Source: Ministeria vibrans ATCC 50519 (taxonomy: Eukaryota > Protista > Filasterea). From it: a DNA stretch of 35,055 bases. The stretch is taken from assembly GCA_943704425.1 (NCBI GenBank), contig CALSCP010000692.1:75977-111031 (forward strand), written 5' to 3'. Below, piece by piece: positions 29,910 to 35,055 of the stretch (positions are counted from its first letter, which is position 1; every line of letters starts with the position of its first letter). A program made the translations under genes and the position numbers. A model generated the notes under the pieces. That model made no database searches, was not told the origin of the DNA, and saw nothing but the letters and a program-made list of their open reading frames with translations.

Positions 29910-32858
29910 ATGTCCGTGAAGCTGTTTGGAAACACCACCGGAGGAGGCACAAGTACCACCATGGATATGGCTCAAAACGGAGTTGCCTGCCATGTACTAT
30001 ATCTTTTAATCTTTTTGAAAAAAAAAAAAAACGATCTTAGTTTTTTGAATTTCAATTTCAAACACCATCTCGCTTGATAGGAGTCTGAAATTGCGCTACC
30101 GCGCCACAGACGAAGGCCTCTGAGTAGTAGCACACACAACGCGGGACCTGCTCCGTTCGACGGGTCCTCAGGGCAGTCTGTGCGCTCAGCGGCGTTCCGC
30201 AGCGGATCGGCTGTGTCGCTTGCGTCGATCCAGCCGGCAGCCGACGAGCAGCTGGATGGAGTCCTTGAGCGCAATGCATTTTTGGAAGCTCTTGGTAAGG
30301 CACAAGTGGTCGAGGGAGCGAGCGATGAGCGACAAGCGCCAAAACTGATAGTATTATTTTGAACTTTGGATATCACACTTGCCATTTCCGCTCTACAGTC
30401 GGACAACAGGCGGAAATCATCAGGGCGTACCAGGACAAGTACCAAGACAGCTTTACTGCCAACGAGTCGGGGGTATGTACAGAGGACGGCCAACGAGAGA
30501 CTTCTTTCTGACGCGGGAGGCTGGGTGTTGTCTGTCTGTCTGTCACTAGGTCGCCGTTCCCTGGATGGTCGATCAGAGTCTGATGCCACTGATCCGTGAG
30601 TACGACGGACTCATTTTGCAATTGCGTGCTGACCTAGCAGAGTCTGTGGTAAGCAATATCGGGTGAAGGGATAAACATTGTGATGCACTCACCTTTTCAT
30701 GGTGTTAGAATCAATTGGCTCGGCTGGGAGAAGAAGCGAAGCTGGTGACTGAGGAGAACGACGAGCTGCGCGTAGAGCTTGCAAAGCGAACAGATCAGCT
30801 AGCCAAGGCAAACATGGAGGCGGCGGAACGGGAGGACAATGCGATCGGAGAAGAGAGTCTGATCGCGCGAGAGGACGCTGAGCTGGCGGAGCATGTGCAG
30901 CGCGAGAACGAAGTGATTGTGGCACAGCTGCGGGTGATGGAGGCGGAGATGGAACAACTGCGGGCTGTGGAGAAGGAACGTGACGGATTGCGCAAAGAGG
31001 CCAAGCGGTGTCGCAAGGAGGCGAGTACGTATCGCGAAGCACTGGAGCGGCTGAGGGGGGGATCGCACACCGCGATTGCGGCGGTGCCTGCGCTGGTGGA
31101 GGGGGATAGTGCAAGGGATGCACAGAGCGACGATGCACGGTTGGCTGCGCGCAAGAGTGCCGAAGCTGAGCGAATGGCCAAGAGGGCCCTTGAGAGGTAC
31201 GTACTCTGTCAAGCTGAGATTGTGTGTGTGTGTCTNNNNNACAGAGCGACGATGCACGGTTGGCTGCGCGCAAGAGTGCCGAAGCTGAGCGAATGGCCAA
31301 GAGGGCCCTTGAGAGGTACGTACTCTGTCAAGCTGAGATTGTGTGTGTGTGTTGTTGTTGTTGTTGTTGTGTGAGCATCAACTTGTGTGTGTGTTGTTGT
31401 TGTTGTGTGAGCATCAACTTGTGTGTGTTGTTGTTGTTGTAGAGTTCGCGAGGAGCTGAATGAGGAGCGAGAACGCAATGAAAAGCTGCGCGGACAGCTG
31501 AATGAGGTGGAGATAGGGCAGAGGGAGAGCGGACGACGAGTAGAGATGGTGATGGGAGAGCAGAGGGGCACACAAAAGGCACTGGAGGCCCTGCGGCGAG
31601 AGCGCACTGGTACGTCGCTGTGCTTTCTTGATTGTCATTGACTTGTGATTCTGTAGAACTGATGAGGACAATGGAGAGTCTGGAGGGGACAGTGCGGGAG
31701 TGCGAAGGGCGAGAGGGGAGTGCCGTGAGAGGCCTGCGACGAGCAAAGGAGGAACTGAGTGTAGCGGTGACGGAGCGGGAGCAGATGGAGCAGAGGGCAA
31801 GTGCGGCAGAAGGCACAGTGGTGGGGCTGCGACAGGAATGTGCACGACTGCGCAATGGAATGGCAGAGCTGATTGAGCGGGAGCGAGCGCAGTGGGCGGG
31901 AGAGCACAGGGAGTTGGTGGAACGACTGCGGGGGGAAGTGGAGGCAGAGGAGCGACTGCGGGTGGAGGCACTAGGAGAGTGCGGGCGGTGGGAGCGGATG
32001 GTTGGACAAATGGAGGAGGAACAACGAAGGGTGGTACGGGAGCGGGAGGAGGAGGTGGAGCGTCTGACGATGCGGATGAAGACGCAGGAAGAGCACGTTG
32101 GGCGACTGGTGGGCGAGCGAGACGACGCAGTGGAGGAGTTGGAGCGGGCAAGGAGGGAAGGGGAGCGAGCGCGAGATGTGGTTGCGCATGATTTGCAGCG
32201 GAGTGTGGCGGCCGGAGAGGAGGCGCGGCGGCGGATGGTTGCGGCGGAGGCAGAGTGTGCGCGACTGGAGCGGGAGAAAGGGACGCTGTTGGAGCAGGTT
32301 GGATTGGTGGAGGGGGAGTGTGAGCGGGAACGCAGACGTGCTGAGACTGCGGAGAGTGCGGGACGTGCGTTGGCGGAGCGCCATGGGCGCGAAGTACGGG
32401 AGGTGGGCGAGCGGGCAATGCGGAGTATAAAGGGCGAGCGGGAAGGGCGCGAAAGGGAGGTGAAGGAGCTCATAGAGTTGCTGGAGAACCAACGGGAGGT
32501 GTGTGGCCGGTGGCGGGCGGAGGCACGACGGCTTGCGGAGCGGTACCAGGATGCGGTGGAGGAGCGGGAGCGTGAGAGACGAACAGACGGACGGGCAATG
32601 AACGTACTGCGGCGGCAGTGTGGGGAGCTCATGGCGCGCACTCGCTTGTACGAAACGCAGTTGGACGAGTCGAGTCGCGTGCGTGCTCGTCTGGCCCAGT
32701 CGCTGTCGCAGACTGGAAGTCGCGCAGCACTGTCGCAAAAGGACGACGGTTCAGGTGAGTGCGCGAGTGAGGGTCACCACCGGCCGACATCTTAATTCTT
32801 ACGTGTAGAGCACACGCAGAGTGGAGTGCCATCGGTTGCGTCCTCTGATGCATTTTGA
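29910..32858 (+). CDS. Long coiled-coil protein, SCLT1/SDCCAG8-like centriolar distal-appendage candidate
   Basis: Multi-exon E/R-rich coiled coil. The C-terminal ELLENQREVCGRWRAEARRLAE..RLAQSLSQTGSRAA resembles the recalled SCLT1 motif 'QQKAANRWKEETKKL..RLSQAEERAA'. The family call is tentative. Confidence 0.6.
31122..31350. other. Assembly gap (NNNNN at 31236-31240) flanked by an exact ~110-nt direct duplication
   Basis: acagagcgacgatgcacgg...gctgagattgtgtgtgtgtgt occurs on both sides of the Ns, typical of an unmerged contig overlap. Confidence 0.85.
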
Positions 32859-32971
32859 TGAATAATAGATACAGTCACCATAGAATATATACAAGACCTT
32901 TTTTTGTTTTTTTATTATTATTGTATTTTATCATAACGTTATACAATCATACAATACAATAATAAAATTAT

Positions 32972-34021
32972 TTATAGTTGGGCACGAGAGTAGATATGTT
33001 TGGCTATGAGAGCGACCACGTCGGGCTGAGTTGCTGCAACAAGGAGAGTATTGAGTGTGTCGTCGGGTGAGAAGACAAGGGTAGGCATGGCTGATGCAAG
33101 TGCGTCTGTGAGTAGCTCGCTGTTGTCGTGCGTATCGTTGTATTGCTCGCCCGTGTTGAGCCAGGCGACGGGGCCTGCGCGATGCGGGTGTCGCGCGTCG
33201 ATTCCTGGAGCGTGTTCGCCGCCCTTAAGACCGCACACGAGAGTGCGCACAATAGCCTCGTGAACACGCTCATGTGCGTCGAGGGGATGGTCCACCCACA
33301 AGTTGACGCTGACTGACGAGGCGCTCGTTGTTTCGACCTGGTGCCACCAGTGCCGGGGCACGTACAACAGGTCCCCTGGCTCCAGATCAAACACCATTGT
33401 GCCCGTCTCGCTACGGTACTCGTCGTCGGTCGGTAGTGTGGGAAGCGAGGCTGCAAAGATGGAGGACTCCTCGTAGGGCAGTCGTGTGGAGTGGAGGCGG
33501 GCGCTGTCGCGACTGTGAGGCTCGACAAGTGTCCATCGCTTTGTGCCGTACAGCTGCATGACAAAGTTGCTCCCGTACGAGTCATAATGGCATCGCGTGG
33601 TGCAGCCCTGTGTGCCCCACCAAAAGCGCGCCTGTTCGCCGTCCACATGAGCAGGCACGCCGGCAATGGTCGACCAGCGGATTTTGCAGGCGACGTCGCG
33701 ACGCAGATCGAACACGTTCTTATAGTCCATGTACGCCGCATAGTCGTCGCGACAATACCCGGCAAATGGATCTGCACAGTCGGGGTCAATGGGGCTGTCG
33801 CGGTCGCTGGCGCTGCGTCCATCGAGTTGCTGGGACCAGCGATGGAATTGGCGGAGGGTGCACTCGACATGGATTCCTTCGCTCTCCCACTCCTCCTTGC
33901 GACGCAGCAGCCGCACAGTTGTAACGTGGTTGCCAGCATCTTGAATTATCCCATCGGGAGACCAATGGGACAGGTCGACGGCGCCGAGACAGCCGCCCTC
34001 AATCCGAACAGGGGAAGTCAT
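32972..34021 (-). CDS. HSPBAP1: HSPB1-associated protein 1 homolog (JmjC/cupin dioxygenase), intronless
   Basis: AYMDYK, FWWGTQGCTTRCHYDSYGSNFVMQLYGTKRWTL, TRLPYEESSIF, LEPGDLLYVPRHWWHQVE, SVSVNLWV, RVHEAIVR. The HxD..H triad is intact. Confidence 0.9.
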   Translation of the reverse strand: MTSPVRIEGGCLGAVDLSHWSPDGIIQDAGNHVTTVRLLRRKEEWESEGIHVECTLRQFHRWSQQLDGRSASDRDSPIDPDCADPFAGYCRDDYAAYMDYKNVFDLRRDVACKIRWSTIAGVPAHVDGEQARFWWGTQGCTTRCHYDSYGSNFVMQLYGTKRWTLVEPHSRDSARLHSTRLPYEESSIFAASLPTLPTDDEYRSETGTMVFDLEPGDLLYVPRHWWHQVETTSASSVSVNLWVDHPLDAHERVHEAIVRTLVCGLKGGEHAPGIDARHPHRAGPVAWLNTGEQYNDTHDNSELLTDALASAMPTLVFSPDDTLNTLLVAATQPDVVALIAKHIYSRAQL

Positions 34022-34205
34022 GAAAGAAATTGTTTACACTTCGGATGTTTGTTTTTATTTTTATATTATTAATATTAGTATTGTCGGATCACGCCAGTCT
34101 TTTGTGCAACACTTCAACTACCAGTCTACCGGAATTTTTTCTTCAAAAATTGAAAACATAAGTGAGGGGAAGAGTATTAATAGTACAAGGGAAGAGGAAA
34201 GGACG

Positions 34206-35055
<850 letters not shown>

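Noticed and set aside
31122-31350. Apparent tandem exon duplication in the SCLT1-like gene
   Set aside because: The exact copies sit on either side of an N gap, so an assembly overlap is the most likely cause.
31328-32738. Long minus-strand ORFs (437, 334 and 255 aa)
   Set aside because: They are antisense shadows of the E/R-rich coiled-coil exon on the + strand.

Overview
Compact, intron-dense eukaryotic locus, probably from a flagellated protist (centrin-3 and an SCLT1-like gene are present), using the standard genetic code. Most introns are short GT-AG, often GTACGT/GTAAGT-type donors, and many are inflated by GA/GT/CA microsatellites. Protein genes in order: poly(A) polymerase (5' part outside the window), CDC27/APC3, centrin-3, a DH-PH-MORN (alsin-like) RhoGEF, two tandem ependymin-related secreted proteins, a RIN-type VPS9+RA Rab5 GEF, an intronless orphan multi-pass membrane protein, malic enzyme, a TOM1/GPR137-like 7TM protein, an unknown coiled-coil protein, prefoldin 1, an SCLT1-like coiled-coil protein, HSPBAP1 (JmjC) and Rab6 (partial). 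The main finding is an RNase MRP RNA gene at about 15879-16646 (+). It appears to be split by two spliceosomal GT-AG introns (15891-15958 and 16015-16325). The canonical P1-AG-P2 junction and a compact P3 are restored only when both introns are removed. All calls come from manual reading and recalled family motifs; no database searches were run.
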